Positions 1 to 11,481 of a stretch of DNA of 64,000 nt are shown here, piece by piece. The stretch comes from an uncultured Verrucomicrobiae bacterium. Lineage in GTDB: Bacteria > Verrucomicrobiota > Verrucomicrobiia > Chthoniobacterales > Chthoniobacteraceae. The stretch is from NCBI GenBank assembly GCA_963828525.1, contig CAWHEP010000002.1:480001-544000 (forward strand), in the 5' to 3' direction. The translations under genes and the position numbers were made by a program. How positions within the stretch are numbered: the stretch's first letter is position 1; each line of letters opens with the position of its first letter. The notes under the pieces are model-generated. The model saw only the letters and a program-made list of their open reading frames with translations, was not told the DNA's origin and searched no databases.

Positions 1-35
1 CAACCAGGCGTGCCGCGCGAGCGCGCGGAGCGAAA

Positions 36-928
36 TTAACGCAGGCCGGGGTCGGCCCGGGGGCTCCAATGCCGGGGCGCGATGGCGGCGGTGAGCTTGT
101 CCATCTTCGGCGCGGTCTCATCCGGCAGGTTCGCCAGCAGGATGCTGCCCTTCATCGATTGCAGCGGCGGAGGGCGAGGATTTCTCCGGCCCTTCCGCAA
201 TGGGCGGGAGATCGGGCATCGCCGCCTGGAATGGACGATTCGACCGGCTTGGCCAGCGGCGCAGGGTGGAGGGAGGCCGTAGTCAGGCGGGGTGGGGCGG
301 CTGGCGGCGGCTACGAGCAGGGCAGGCTCCGGCGCCGGCTGCTCGCGCGGCGGCTGGTAGCGGTGCATGTGCGGCAATTTATCCGGGCAGGATGGAGACC
401 ATCGCCCCCACCGGGATTTGCTGGCAGAGCTGGATCACATCCCGCGAGCGCATGCGGATGCAGCCCCAGCTCACCGGCTTGCCCAGGTTGATCTCCTCGG
501 GGTGCCGTGGATGTAAATGCCGCGGCCGCGCGCGTTGTGATTTTGCTGTTCCAGCCCGTCCAGACCCAGGACACGCGGGTCACGATCGGTATCCCGGCCC
601 GGCGCGTTCACGGGAATGACCTCGCCGGTGGCGGAGCGATGCTTGATGACGGCGCCGGGGCTGAGGTCCTCGCCGAGCTTGTCGCAGACGCGGAATTGCC
701 CGAGCGGGGTCTTGTAGCTGCCGAAGTTATCGCCCGTGCCGAATTTGGAGGTGGAGATGGGGAAGCGTGCCACCAGTTCGCCGTTGCAGACCAGGGCCAG
801 CCGCTGATCGGCCACGCTGATCAGGACCTGGCACGCGGCGGCGCTCTGCTGGGCCCGGCGTGGCAGCGGGAGAGGGCCCAGCCCACGGCTCCCGCGAGAG
901 CCGCCAGTTTTGAAGAGAATCCCGGCAC
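36..928 (-). CDS. L,D-transpeptidase (YkuD family) with Pro-rich C-terminal tail; frameshifted, start approximate
   Basis: ISVADQRLAL..FPISTSKFGTGD..KTPLG and IYIHGT (ORF 471..992); VSWGCIRM follows in another frame, giving the HGT...GC catalytic motif. Confidence 0.85.
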
Positions 929-1023
929 GGGGGCTGCGTTTAACGCAGAAATCGCGCGGTGGCAATCCCGAAGAAACTCGCCTGCGGGGCACGCGGAATC
1001 GGTTTCATCGGGCTCATCCCCGC

Positions 1024-1935
1024 ATGGAACCGAAGCTGACCGTCCGCGATCTGGAGAAAAATTACGGCTCGCGTCCGCGCCCTGGCCGGCATCGGCTTCG
1101 AGGTGAGCGCGGGCGAGATTTTCGGGCTGCTGGGTCCGAACGGCGCGGGCAAGACCTCCGCGGTGGAGTGCATCCTGGGGCTGCGCGAGGCGGATGCCGG
1201 CACGGTGCGCGTGTGCGGGATGGATGCGCGCCGGGAGACAGCGGCCGTGAAGCAGCGGATCGGCGCGGCGCTGCAATCCACGGCGCTGCAGGATCAAATC
1301 ACGCCGCGCGAGGCGCTCGCGGCTTTTCGGCGCGTTCTACCGGGAGAGCGTTCCGGCGGCGGAACTGCTGCGAGCGCTTCGACCTCGGGGAAAAGGCGGA
1401 TGCGCCGTTCGAGACGCTCTCGGGCGGGCAGCGGCAGCGGCTGGCCCTGGCGCTGGCTTTTGTGAACCGGCCCGAGGTGCTCTTCCTGGATGAGCCGACC
1501 AGCGGGCTCGACCCGCAGGCCCGGCGCGGATTGCACGGGTCGATCCGCGCCTTTCGCGAAGAAGGCCGCGCCGTTTTGCTGACCACGCACTATATCGAGG
1601 AGGCGCACGCGCTCTGCGACCGCATCGCCATTCTCCATCACGGCCGGATCGTCGCCACGGGGCGGCCGGATGATCTCATCGCCGCCTCACCCGCCATTTC
1701 CCGCCTCGTGGTGCGGACGGCGCGGCCGCTGGACCTGGAGCGGGCTGCGCGCGCTGGCCCGGCGTGGCTTCGGCCGAGGCAAGGGAGGGCGCGGTGCATG
1801 CTTGGCGCGGCGCGGGTGGGGCCGCTCATTATCGAGTTGGTCTCCTACCTGGAACAAACGGGGAACGAGTTGCTCGACCTGCAAGTGCGGAAGCCCTCGC
1901 TGGAGGAAGTCTTCCTGGAGCTGACCGCGGCATGA
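1024..1935 (+). CDS. ABC transporter ATP-binding protein (ABC-2/DrrA-like); frameshifted
   Basis: GPNGAGKT Walker A, LSGGQRQR signature, LFLDEPT Walker B and TTHYIEEA across ORFs 1103..1465 and 910..1935. Confidence 0.92.
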   Translation: MEPKLTVRDLEKNYGSRPRPGRHRLRGERGRDFRAAGSERRGQDLRGGVHPGAARGGCRHGARVRDGCAPGDSGREAADRRGAAIHGAAGSNHAARGARGFSARSTGRAFRRRNCCERFDLGEKADAPFETLSGGQRQRLALALAFVNRPEVLFLDEPTSGLDPQARRGLHGSIRAFREEGRAVLLTTHYIEEAHALCDRIAILHHGRIVATGRPDDLIAASPAISRLVVRTARPLDLERAARAGPAWLRPRQGRARCMLGAARVGPLIIELVSYLEQTGNELLDLQVRKPSLEEVFLELTAA

Positions 1936-3274
1936 GAGGCATCGTCCAGCATCTGCTCCTGACGCCTGCGGCTGAATTTCCGCAGCAAGCAGGCGCTGGT
2001 TTACGGCTATCTCGTGCCGCTGTTTTTCCTGCTGGCCTTCGGCAGCGTGTTTCATTCCTCCGTGCCGCCGCTGCTGCACGAGATGGGGCAGCTTGATCAC
2101 CATTACCATTCTCGGCGGGGCTTGCTTCGGGATGCCGACGGCCATGGTGCGCGAGCGCGAGCGCGGCGTGTGGCGGCGCTACCGGCTGCTGCCCGCGGCC
2201 ACGGCGGGGCTCATCGTCAGCGCCATGGTGGCGCGCTATCGTCATCAGTGCTGCTGGCGGTGCTCATGCAAATCGGGCTCGCCTGGTGCATCTACCGCAC
2301 GCCGCTGCCCGCGCATCCGCTCGGCGCCTTCGTGGCCTTTAGCCTGGTCTGTTTCGCCTTTCTTGGGCTGGGGCTGATCATCGCCATGCTGGCCGATGCC
2401 GTGCCCGCCGTGCAGGCGCTCGGGCAGGCTATTTTTCTGCCGATGATCATGATCGGCGGGGTCGGGCGTGCCGTTGCGCACCCTGCCGCCGTGGGCGCAG
2501 CATCTGGCCGCTTACCTGCCTGGCCGCTATGCCGTGGAGGCGCTGGATGCGTGCATCCCGCCGGGCGGCCCCGGCCTGGGCGGCGCGCGCTTTGCCTTGG
2601 CCGCGCTCTTTGTGATCGGCGCGGCCGCTTGCGTGACGGGGGCGCGCCTCTTTCGCTGGGATGCCAGGCCAGCGCGTGCCGGGCCGCGGCGAAAGCCTGG
2701 ATTGTCGTGGCGCTGGCCGCGTGGGTGGCGGTTGGTTGGCGGCCGAGCGCAAGGGGCGGCTCGCCGTTCCGCCCGCGCCGTCCGCGACGGCGGCGGCCAG
2801 CGGCCGTGGGAAAACATTTCGGCAGAAGAAGTGAACGGCATCACCTACGAAAACCTGCCGAAAGACGACGGGCGTGGTCACGCCCATCGCCAATGGATTG
2901 GACGATCTTCCGGCGGACGACAAAAGCCGTGTCGTGTCCCTCCAGGAAAAGCTGGGCGCATGGCCCCCGGCACAGGTGGCTGATCCCGGGCAGCGGGTGC
3001 AGGAACCTTCTCTCGGCGGCCTCCGTCGCGGATGTCCTGGAAGACCCGAACGAAGGCGCCATCGGCTATGTGATTCTGGACGAATCCGCGCGGACGTGGA
3101 GGGGGAAGACCTCAAGAAAATCCTGGCGCTGGATCATCCTGCATCCGGATGAGGGAACCGTCTTGACCAAAGTCCCCGAGCTGGGCGTGAGCGGGGAAGT
3201 GACGAAGGGCGCCGTGCGCGAGCGCTCCGCCACTGTACGCGCGGAAGTTACTCATGCGGGCGCTGGGCAAGTAA
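1932..3274 (+). CDS. ABC-2 type permease with long C-terminal soluble extension; frameshifted
   Basis: ATGA overlap with the ATPase gene; multiple TM segments, VRERERGVWRRY motif and LPPWAQHLAAYLPGRYAVEAL; hydrophilic domain from ~2810 to TAA at 3272-3274. Confidence 0.85.
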
Positions 3275-3316
3275 CTCGTTTCTTGATTTTGCGGGCCGCC
3301 GCACCATGGTTGCAGC

Positions 3317-3834
3317 ATGCGCCCCCTCGTGCTTTCTTTTCTTCTTTTTCTTCCTTTCGCCGCCCGCGCCCAGGACACAGAGCCCGCCTTGATGGCGCGG
3401 GCGCAGAAAGCTTACCTGGGCGGTGACATGGAGGCTGCGAAAACGGGCTTCACGGAAGTCTTGCAGCTCGATCCGCCAATACTCTCGCCACCCAATATCT
3501 GCGCAAGATCGCTGCGGTGGAAGCGCGCCAGGCCAAGCCCAAGGATCAGATCGGCAGCCTGGTGCTTCCCAAGGTTGAATTTCGCGAGGCGAACTTTTCC
3601 TCCGCGCTCGGCGCGCTTCGCGACCAGGCTGCGAAGCAGTCCGTGACGGTCTCCTTTGTCTCCCAACTTAGCGCCGAGCAGATGCAGCACCCGGTGACGG
3701 TCAGTCTTACGAACATTCCTTTTCTGGAGGCGTTGCGTTACCTATGCTCGCTAAATGGCGCGACTTACAAAGTCGAGCAATACGCCATTGTGATTACGGC
3801 GGCGGTAGCCGGTGCTTCGCCGGCGGCTCAATAG
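3317..3834 (+). CDS. Secreted protein with TPR-like helix pair and STN/secretin-N0-like domain
   Basis: Signal peptide ending ARA-Q; ARAQKAYLGGDMEAAKTGFTEVLQLDP; LPKVEFREANFSSAL..VTVSLTNIPFLEALRYLCSLNGATYKVEQYAIVI; one frameshift. Confidence 0.65.
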
Positions 3835-4558
3835 ATGACCTTGACCAGGCAGAGTCCCTCCGCCGGCGCGGCGAAGGAGCATTTGCCGGCGCGCCCTTCC
3901 AGGTATTCGGTTATCTTTGCCATGGGCGCGCGTTCCTGCCCGATGCGGACCAGAGCGCCGGTCATGAGCCTGACCATGCGGTAGAGAAATCCCGTCCCCG
4001 CACGCGCAGGGTAATCAGGGCGCCTTTCCGGCGGATGGTGAGTTCCTGGATCGTCCGCACCGTGTCCTCATTCGGTTTTCCGCGGTTCGCGGCGAAATTC
4101 CGGAAGTCATGCGTGCCCCAGGAAAGCGCGCGCCGCTGTTTGCATGAGGACCGTCTCCACGGGCGGCGGCAGATGCCAGGCGCGCCCGTTTTCAAAAGGC
4201 GGCATGATCGGCCCGTTCCAGATTCGATACTGGTAGATTTTTCCCTTGGCCGAAAACCGCGCGTGAAAATCTGGCTGGCGGCCGGCGGCAGCGCAGCACG
4301 CGGATCTGCCGGGGCAGGTTGGCGTTCAGCGCCGCCGCCCAATCGAGCGGCGCCGTCGCGGCTAACCTCCACGTGCGCGCATTGCGCCAGCGCATGCACG
4401 CCCGCATCCGTGCGGCCCGCGCCGTGCACCGGCACGCGCTCGCCGCAGATGCGGGCGAAAGCTGCTTCCAGGTAATCCTGCACCGTCTCGCCGCCCGCCT
4501 GGCTTTGCCAGCCGCGCAGGCCCGCGCCGTCATACGCGATCGTCAGGCGCAGCCGCAT
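3828..4558 (-). CDS. truA: tRNA pseudouridine(38-40) synthase; frameshifted
   Basis: LTIAYDGAGLRGWQSQ, GAGRTDAGVHALAQ, GTHDFRNF. Confidence 0.95.
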
Positions 4559-4987
4559 CACTCCATCTGGAACGCCTGCGAATCGAGATACCCTTGCAGG
4601 ATCATCTGCGCGGCGACCTGGTCGATGACCGAGCGGCTGTTCTTCACCGTGCGGCCCGTCTCGTGCAGCGCCTTCTGCGCGGCCACGGAGGTCAGGCGCT
4701 CATCCCAGAAGCGGATTTCGCAGTCCGGCGCCAGCGCGCGCAGCTTGCTCGGCAAATTCCCGCGTCTTCTGCGCGGCCGGGCCGTGCGAGCCATCCATGT
4801 TGCGCGGCATCCCGAGCACGGCCACCGTGACTTTTTCCCGGGCGATGACCGCCGCGACATGCGCGGCCACATTCCCCACCGCCTTTACGGAGACGGTCTC
4901 CAGCGGGTGCGCGAGCATGCCGAGATCGTCGGAAAGGGCGAGCCCCACGCGCGCCGCCCCCAGGTCGATCCCGAGCGCCTTGGTCAT
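4558..4987 (-). CDS. ruvX: Holliday junction resolvase-like / pre-16S rRNA nuclease YqgF
   Basis: ALGIDLGAARVGLALSD, GMPRNMDGS, WDERLTS, IDQVAAQMILQGYLD. Confidence 0.95.
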
Positions 4988-6072
4988 TGCAATTCTCCGG
5001 GCACCAGCGCGACCAGGTTCTTGATTTTCTCCGCGCTCTCCCGGTGCGCCACCAGCAGCGCGTCCTCGGTTTGCACCACGATCAGGTCGCGCACGCCCAT
5101 CAGCGCCACCTGCCCGGGGCGGGTGGTGTAAACGATGTTCCCTCGCGCATCCTGCGTGGTGAGCCGCTCGGTATTGGCCGAGTTTCCCGGCTTCGTCCTG
5201 CTTCAGGTATTTGGCGACGGCCGGCCAGCTCCCGATGTCATCCCAGTCGAACCCGGCCTCCACCACCAGCACCCGCTCCGCCTTTTCCATGACGGCGTAG
5301 TCGATCGAAATCTTCGGCAGATCCGGGAAACGGCGGCCAGCGTGCCCGCGAAATCGCCGCTGGCGTGCAGCTGCTCCACGAATTCCGCCAGCGGAGCGGC
5401 GTGGCGGCAAGAGCTCCGCCAGGATGGCGGGGAGCGGCCAGATGAACATGCCCGCGTTCCAGCGGAAATTTCCCTGCTTGAAAAATTGCTCGGCCAGTTG
5501 CGGATTCGGCTTTTCGCGGAAGCGCGCCACCTCGCGCACCGGCCGGGTAGCGCCCTCGATCTGGCACCGCCGCCCCTTCCTCGATGTAGCCGAACCCCGG
5601 GCAGGCCCAGGTGGGCTTGATGCCGATGGTGACCAGGTTCCCCGTTTCCCGCGCGGCCGCCACCGCCGTGAGGAGCGTGGCCTGGAAAGCCGCCCGATCC
5701 TGGATGAGATGGTCCGCCGGCAGCACGATCATGGTGGCCGCCGCGTCCCGCAGCGAGACCCAGCCCGCGCCCAGCGCGATGGCCGCCGCCGTGTCCCGCT
5801 TGGCCGGTTCGGCCACGATATTCTCCGGGGGCAGGGTGGGGAGCGAGCGCGCGCACGGCCGCTTCCTGGTCCTGGTTGGTCAAAATCAGGACGTGATCCC
5901 TGGGCACCAGGCCCTCCAGGCGGTTCATCGTCTCCTCCAGCAGGGTGGTGCTGGAGAAAAGCGAAAGAAGCTGCTTCGGCCGGTTCCGGCGCGAGAGCGG
6001 CCAGAAGCGTTCGCCGCTGCCTCCGGCCAGGATTAAGACGTAAAGCGAAGAATTCTTGGTCACAGTGAACAA
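4984..6072 (-). CDS. manC: Mannose-1-phosphate guanylyltransferase (no cupin domain); frameshifted
   Basis: ILAGGSGERFWPLSRRNRPKQLL, EPAKRDTAAAI, LPADHLI, FREKP, WNAGMF, SIDYAVMEKA, WDDIGSW. Confidence 0.93.
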
Positions 6073-6145
6073 AATCTGCTTAAAATGGTTGAGCGCGAGC
6101 CAATAAAAGCGAAAACCGTTTTCAACCGCTTCGCCCCAATTTTTT

Positions 6146-6442
6146 ATGCCCAGCCTGTATCAAAAACCGCAGCCCGTCGTGCCCGTGACCAGCGTCGTCG
6201 CCCTTACGCAGACCGCCATCGGCTGCGGCATTGGCCTCCTCGTGGCCAACCGCCTGCGGAACAGCGCCCGGAAAATCACCGGCTGGACCATGGTCTCCCT
6301 GGGCGTGGCCTCCGTGGCGCCCTTCCTGGTCGGCTATTTCGCGCGCACCGCGAACGGCCCCAGTTCCCGCCGCGCTCTGCGCCGCCGCCTGGATTCGATC
6401 CGCCAGGACTCCGGCTTCTCCGAGAACGCCGAGGTCTATTGA
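6146..6442 (+). CDS. Small hypothetical membrane protein (2 TM)
   Basis: Intact 98-aa ORF filling the gap between manC and ftsK; two hydrophobic segments and a basic C-terminus. Confidence 0.7.
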   Translation: MPSLYQKPQPVVPVTSVVALTQTAIGCGIGLLVANRLRNSARKITGWTMVSLGVASVAPFLVGYFARTANGPSSRRALRRRLDSIRQDSGFSENAEVY

Positions 6443-6558
6443 GCTTGGCGTGATCCTGCGCCCGGCCGCGCGGCTCCAATTCTCTCGGAGCGGCCGGTAT
6501 TGCGGCTTAATCCCGGGGCGCTTGAAAGCCCCGGTTACCGTTTACTATCCCCTCATTC

Positions 6559-9002
6559 ATGGCGCGCAGCAGGACAGATCGGAAAATCACGTTTTTGGGG
6601 AGGTCATCGGCCTCATGCCTGCTGGGGCTCGGCACGCTCCTCTTTCTCGCCCTCATTTCCTTCCAGGCCAAGGATGTGCCGGAGTGGGTCCGATTATCGC
6701 CCATGCCTCGCCGGCGAATCACATCACCCATAATTTCATCGGACCGGCGGGCGCCATTGTCGCGGGCTTCTTCTACTTCCTGGTGGGGGCGGGCGCTTAC
6801 GTGGTGGCGGTGGTTTTGCTGGGGTACGGCGGGGCGAAGCTGCTGGCTCCCGAGCCTGCCGATCGCGCGGCGGACGCCTTGGATCGCCGGCGCGGTAGTC
6901 TCTTTCGCCTGCCTGGTCGATCTCCAGCCTCGATTTCTGACCGACTGGGGAAGTTCCATGGGCATTCCGGGCAAGGGCGGATGGCTTGGCCATTGGCTGG
7001 GCTCCGGGCTTTGCGATCATACGCTCGGCGCGATCGGTTCGTGGATTCTCCTCGGCATCATTTATCTCACTTGCCTGGTCATGATGACGGGCATCCACCC
7101 CATCCAGCTCGTGCGGAAGTGCATCGCGTTCCCGGGGCTATGGGCGGCGAAACGCCGGGCCGCGGAACTGGCGCGCGCGGACGACCGCGAGAAGCTCGCC
7201 ATCGAAGGCCGCAAGCTGGCTAAGGAGGCGGGCAAGATCGAGCGCCAGCTCCGCAAGAAAAACGCCCTCCCCACGGCGGCGGCGCTGGATCTGCAGGACG
7301 AGGTGGAACCGGAAGCCGGGGAGCTTTGGAACGGCTCCGCCCGGCCCACGCCGCAGATCATCGATACGGCCATCGCCAGCAAATCCTCGCGCAACGGCAA
7401 GGAGAAGCTGGCGCCGAAAGAGCCGGTCTCCTACGAAAACTACGCCTTGCCGGGCGTCGATCTGCTGGAGGAAATGGACGACGAAGGCCGGCAGGCCGCC
7501 GATCCCGAGGAACTGAAGGAAACCCAGGGCATTCTCATCGATACCCTCGCGCAATTCGGCATCGCCGTGGCGCCGGGGGATATCACGCGCGGCCCCACCA
7601 TTACCCGCTACGAGGTTTACCCGGCCAAGGGGGTGCGGGTGGATAAGATCGTGGCCCTGGAGCGCGACCTGGCCCGCGCCACGCAGCGCGGAGCGCATCA
7701 ACATCCTCGCGCCCATCCCCGGCAAGGACACGGTCGGCATCGAGATCGCCAACACGCGCAAGATGAAGGTAACCCTGCGCGAGCTGCTGGAGAGCGACGA
7801 CTGGCACAATACCAAGGCGCGCATCCCGCTGGCGCTGGGCAAGGATGTGTACGGCAACACCATTATCGCCGATCTGGCGCAGATGCCGCATCTGCTCGTG
7901 GCCGGCACCACCGGCTCGGGCAAGAGCGTTTGCATCAACTCGCTCATCGCGAGCATGCTCTACCGTTTTCGCCGGAGGATCTGCGCTTCGTGATGATCGA
8001 TCCCAAGGTGGTCGAGATGCAGGTTTACAACACGCTGCCGCATCTGGTGGTGCCGGTGGTGACCGATCCCAAGAAGGTCCTGCTCGCGCTGCGCTGGGTG
8101 GGGGACGAGATGGACAAGCGTTACCTCATGTTCGCGAAGGTGAACGTGCGGAACATCACCAGCTTCAACGCCCGCCCCAAGCCGAAGTCGCAAAAGGAAC
8201 TCGACGCCGAGGCCGATGCGCCGGCCGCGGCCCATCCCGTGGTGGAGAGCCCAATGGCGAGGAGGAGATCCTGCCCGAGCCCGGCAGCGTGGAGGAATAC
8301 GTGCAGGGGGTGGATCGCATCCGCGTGCCGCGCGACGAGGAGATCATCATCCCGGACCGGCTGCCCTACATCGTGGTCATCGTGGACGAGCTGGCCGATC
8401 TCATGCTGACCGCGCCCGCGGATGTGGAGAGCGCCATCGCCCGGCTGACGCAAAAGGCGCGCGCGGCCGGCATCCACATGATCCTGGCCACGCAGACGCC
8501 GCGGGCGGATGTCATCACCGGCGTGATCAAGGCGAACATCCCGAGCAAGATTGCCTTCCAGGTGGCTTCGAAGCTCGATTCCCGCGTCATCCTGGACGCG
8601 AACGGCGCCGAGCGGCTGCTGGGCCAGGGGGATATGCTTTACCTGCCGCCCGGCACCTCGCGGCTCATCCGCTCGCAGGGCGTGCTGGTGACCGACGAGG
8701 AAATTCACCGCATCATCGACCACGCGGCGCAATTCGCCGAGCCGTCCTTCGATAGCGAGGTGCAGGAGAAACTGCAGGGCGGCGGCGTGCAGGAGGAATT
8801 GAGCGAGGAAGACGAGGAACTGGTGCAAAAATGCATCGAGATCATGCGCCAGGAGCGCAAGGCCAGCACCTCGCTCTTCCAGCGCCGCCTCCGGCTCGGC
8901 TACACCCGCGCGGCGCGCGTGGTGGACATTCTGGAGCAGAGGGGGTATGTCGCAGCCGGGGAAGGCGCGAAGCCGCGCGAGATTCTCGATCGATCTCGAT
9001 GA
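6559..9002 (+). CDS. ftsK: DNA translocase FtsK; frameshifted
   Basis: N-terminal TM region, GPTITRYE, MPHLLVAGTTGSGKS, MIDPKVVEM, VVIVDELADLM, RRLRLGYTRAAR gamma domain. Confidence 0.97.
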
Positions 9003-9054
9003 GCTTGTGTAAAAATCCCGAACCTGCGCCTTCTTAAAAAGATACCCGTCCCGA

Positions 9055-9999
9055 ATGGTCGAATCCGCCGGAAAAAAATTACAGCAGGCCCGCTTGCGCA
9101 AGCAGATCTCCGTGGAGGAGGCGGCCCGCGTGACCCGGATGCGCCCGGACAAGATCCTGGACCTGGAGGAGGATAACTATTCGAACTTCCCCAGCATGTC
9201 CTACGCGAAGGGCTTCCTGCTCATTTACGCGAAGTTCCTGGGCGTCGATATCCGCAATTTCGCCGATACCTTGCAGACGCCCAACCCGGTGAGCAGCGGC
9301 GACGACTACGAATACCTGAATGCCGCCGCCAGCTTTCCGGCCGCGGCGCCCACCCGCCGGCCGTACTCGCATTCCTTCGCGCCGCGGCGGGAGCGGAGCA
9401 TCCTGCCGCTGGTGGTGGTGGGCGTGCTGATCGTGCTCGTGATCCTGGGAGTTTACCTGTCTCCATTTCCCGGCGCCTGGAGAGCCTGGATGACACGGCG
9501 GATAAAAAGGACGGCGTCGCCCGCCGCCTCGGCCGCCCCCGCCATTTCAACCCTGCCGGTGGCGGTGCCAGTGAACGTCCGCGGCGCCCGTCCGGCCGTG
9601 GCCACTGCCGGCTCCGGCCGGCTTCGCCCGGGCGGTGCCATTTGCCGTGCCGCCTCCCGCGCTCGCCTATAATCCCGCGCTGGAAGTGCGCCGGGCGCAA
9701 CCGGCTCCCGCGGCCACGCCCAGCCGCCAGTCGGCCATGCGCCCACGTCCGGCGGCATCCCCGGCGGCGGCCGACCAAGGAGATCACCGTGCGGCCCGCT
9801 GCGAAAAACGCGGGTGACAATCCGCCGGGATGTGGCAGATTCCGCTCCCGTTTTCGAAGACTGGCTCTACCCGACCGATGGCGCGCTCAAGCTGAGCGGC
9901 AAGAAGTTCTGGATCAAAGTGCAGGATCCCGGCGCGGTGCAGGTGACCCAGGATGGGAAGCCGGTGCCCTCCGGCGAAAGCGAAATCCGGATCGAATGA
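9055..9999 (+). CDS. rodZ: RodZ-like protein (HTH, TM, Pro/Ala linker, C-terminal DUF4115-like domain)
   Basis: GKKLQQARLRKQISVEEAA..YAKGFLLIYAKFLG, single TM, C-terminal beta domain; ftsK-rodZ-rimO order. Confidence 0.85.
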
Positions 10000-11481
10000 C
10001 TCCGCCCACCCTCCCCAGCCCGGCCAGTCAAGGTCGGCATGATCTCGCTCGGCTGCGCCAAGAACCTGGTGGATGCCGAGATCATGCTGGGCGACGCCGC
10101 GCGGCGCGGCATGGAGATCACCGGCGATGCGGACGAGGCGGATGTGCTGGTGGTCAATACCTGCGCGTTCATCGACTCGGCCAAGGAGGAATCGATCGAT
10201 GCCATCCTGGGTGCGCACCAGCAGCGCGGGCTGCGCAAGCGCGCCGGGCAGAAGCTCATCGTGAGCGGCTGCATGGCCCAGCGTTTTTCCAAGGAACTGG
10301 CCGGCGACCTGCCGGAGGTGGACGCCTTCATCGGGCTCGACCAGGTGAACCGCCTCGGCGAGATCGTGGAGGATCTGCTCGTCGCCCCTTCCGCCGTGCA
10401 TGACGACCAGTGGCAGCCGCTGAACCTCGTCACGCGGAACTCCGTTTTCATCCCGGATTACGACACGCCGCGCTTTCGCCTCACGCCCAGCCACACCGCC
10501 TACGTGAAGATCGCGGAGGGCTGCAACCATCCCTGCTCGTTTTGCGTCATCCCGCAGATGCGCGGGCGGCATCGCAGCCGCACCATCGCCTCCGTGGTGG
10601 CCGAGGTGCGGAACCTCGTGGCCGAAGGGGTGAAAGAGATCAACCTCATCAGCCAGGACACGACTTACTTCGGCATGGACCAGTGGGAGGAGCGCTCCAG
10701 CCCCACCCAGCCGGTCGATTCCGCGCGCGGGCCCACGCTGACCCGCCTGTTGCGCGAGCTGCAGGAGATCGAGGGCGATTTCTGGATCCGGCTGCTCTAC
10801 ACGCATCCCGCGCATTGGAGCGACGAACTCATCCAGGCCATCGCGGAGTGCGACAAGGTCGCGCGCTATGTCGATATGCCGCTCCAGCACATCCACGAGG
10901 AATTGCTGCGCACCATGCGGCGCGAGACTTCGCGGGAGCATATCGAGAACCTGATCACGCGCATGCGCGCCGGGCATTCCCGGGCTGGCGCTGCGCACCA
11001 CCTTCATCGTCGGTTTCCCGGGCGAGACCGAGGAGCAGTTCGAGTCGCTGCTGGAGTTCATCGGGCGGGTGCGTTTCGAGCGGCTGGGCGTCTTCACCTA
11101 TTCGCGCGAGGAGAATTCCCGCGCGGGAAAGATGGAGGGTCAATTGCCCGCGAAGGTGAAGCAGGCGCGCTTCCGCAAGGCGATGCGCCTGCAGCAGAAG
11201 ATCGCGGGCGAGATCGCCGCGGCGCAGGTCGGGCCAAACGAATGCGCGTGCTGGTGGAGGATGGCGAGACGGCCCGGGCGCAGTCCGACGCCCCCGAGGT
11301 GGATACGCAGGTGCTGCTGACCAGCCCGATGCCGATCGGCGAGTTCGCCGAGGTGGAGATCATCGGGACCAAGGTGTACGACTTGATCGGGGCGCCGCTT
11401 ATCTCCAGTGCTGTAACAGGAAGAGCAGCGGCGGTTGCTCCCTCCGGGGTCAGCGACCCCGGCTACAATACGCCATCTTGA
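9996..11481 (+). CDS. rimO: Ribosomal protein S12 methylthiotransferase
   Basis: SLGCAKNLVDAE, VNTCAFIDSAKEESI, radical-SAM motif GCNHPCSFC, DAPEVD TRAM region. Confidence 0.96.
11444..11467 (-). repeat. GTAG-type REP-like palindrome
   Basis: Minus strand reads TGTAG-CCGGGGTC-GCT-GACCCCGG: a GTAG tetranucleotide followed by a perfect 8-bp GC-rich stem. One copy in the window. Confidence 0.6.
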
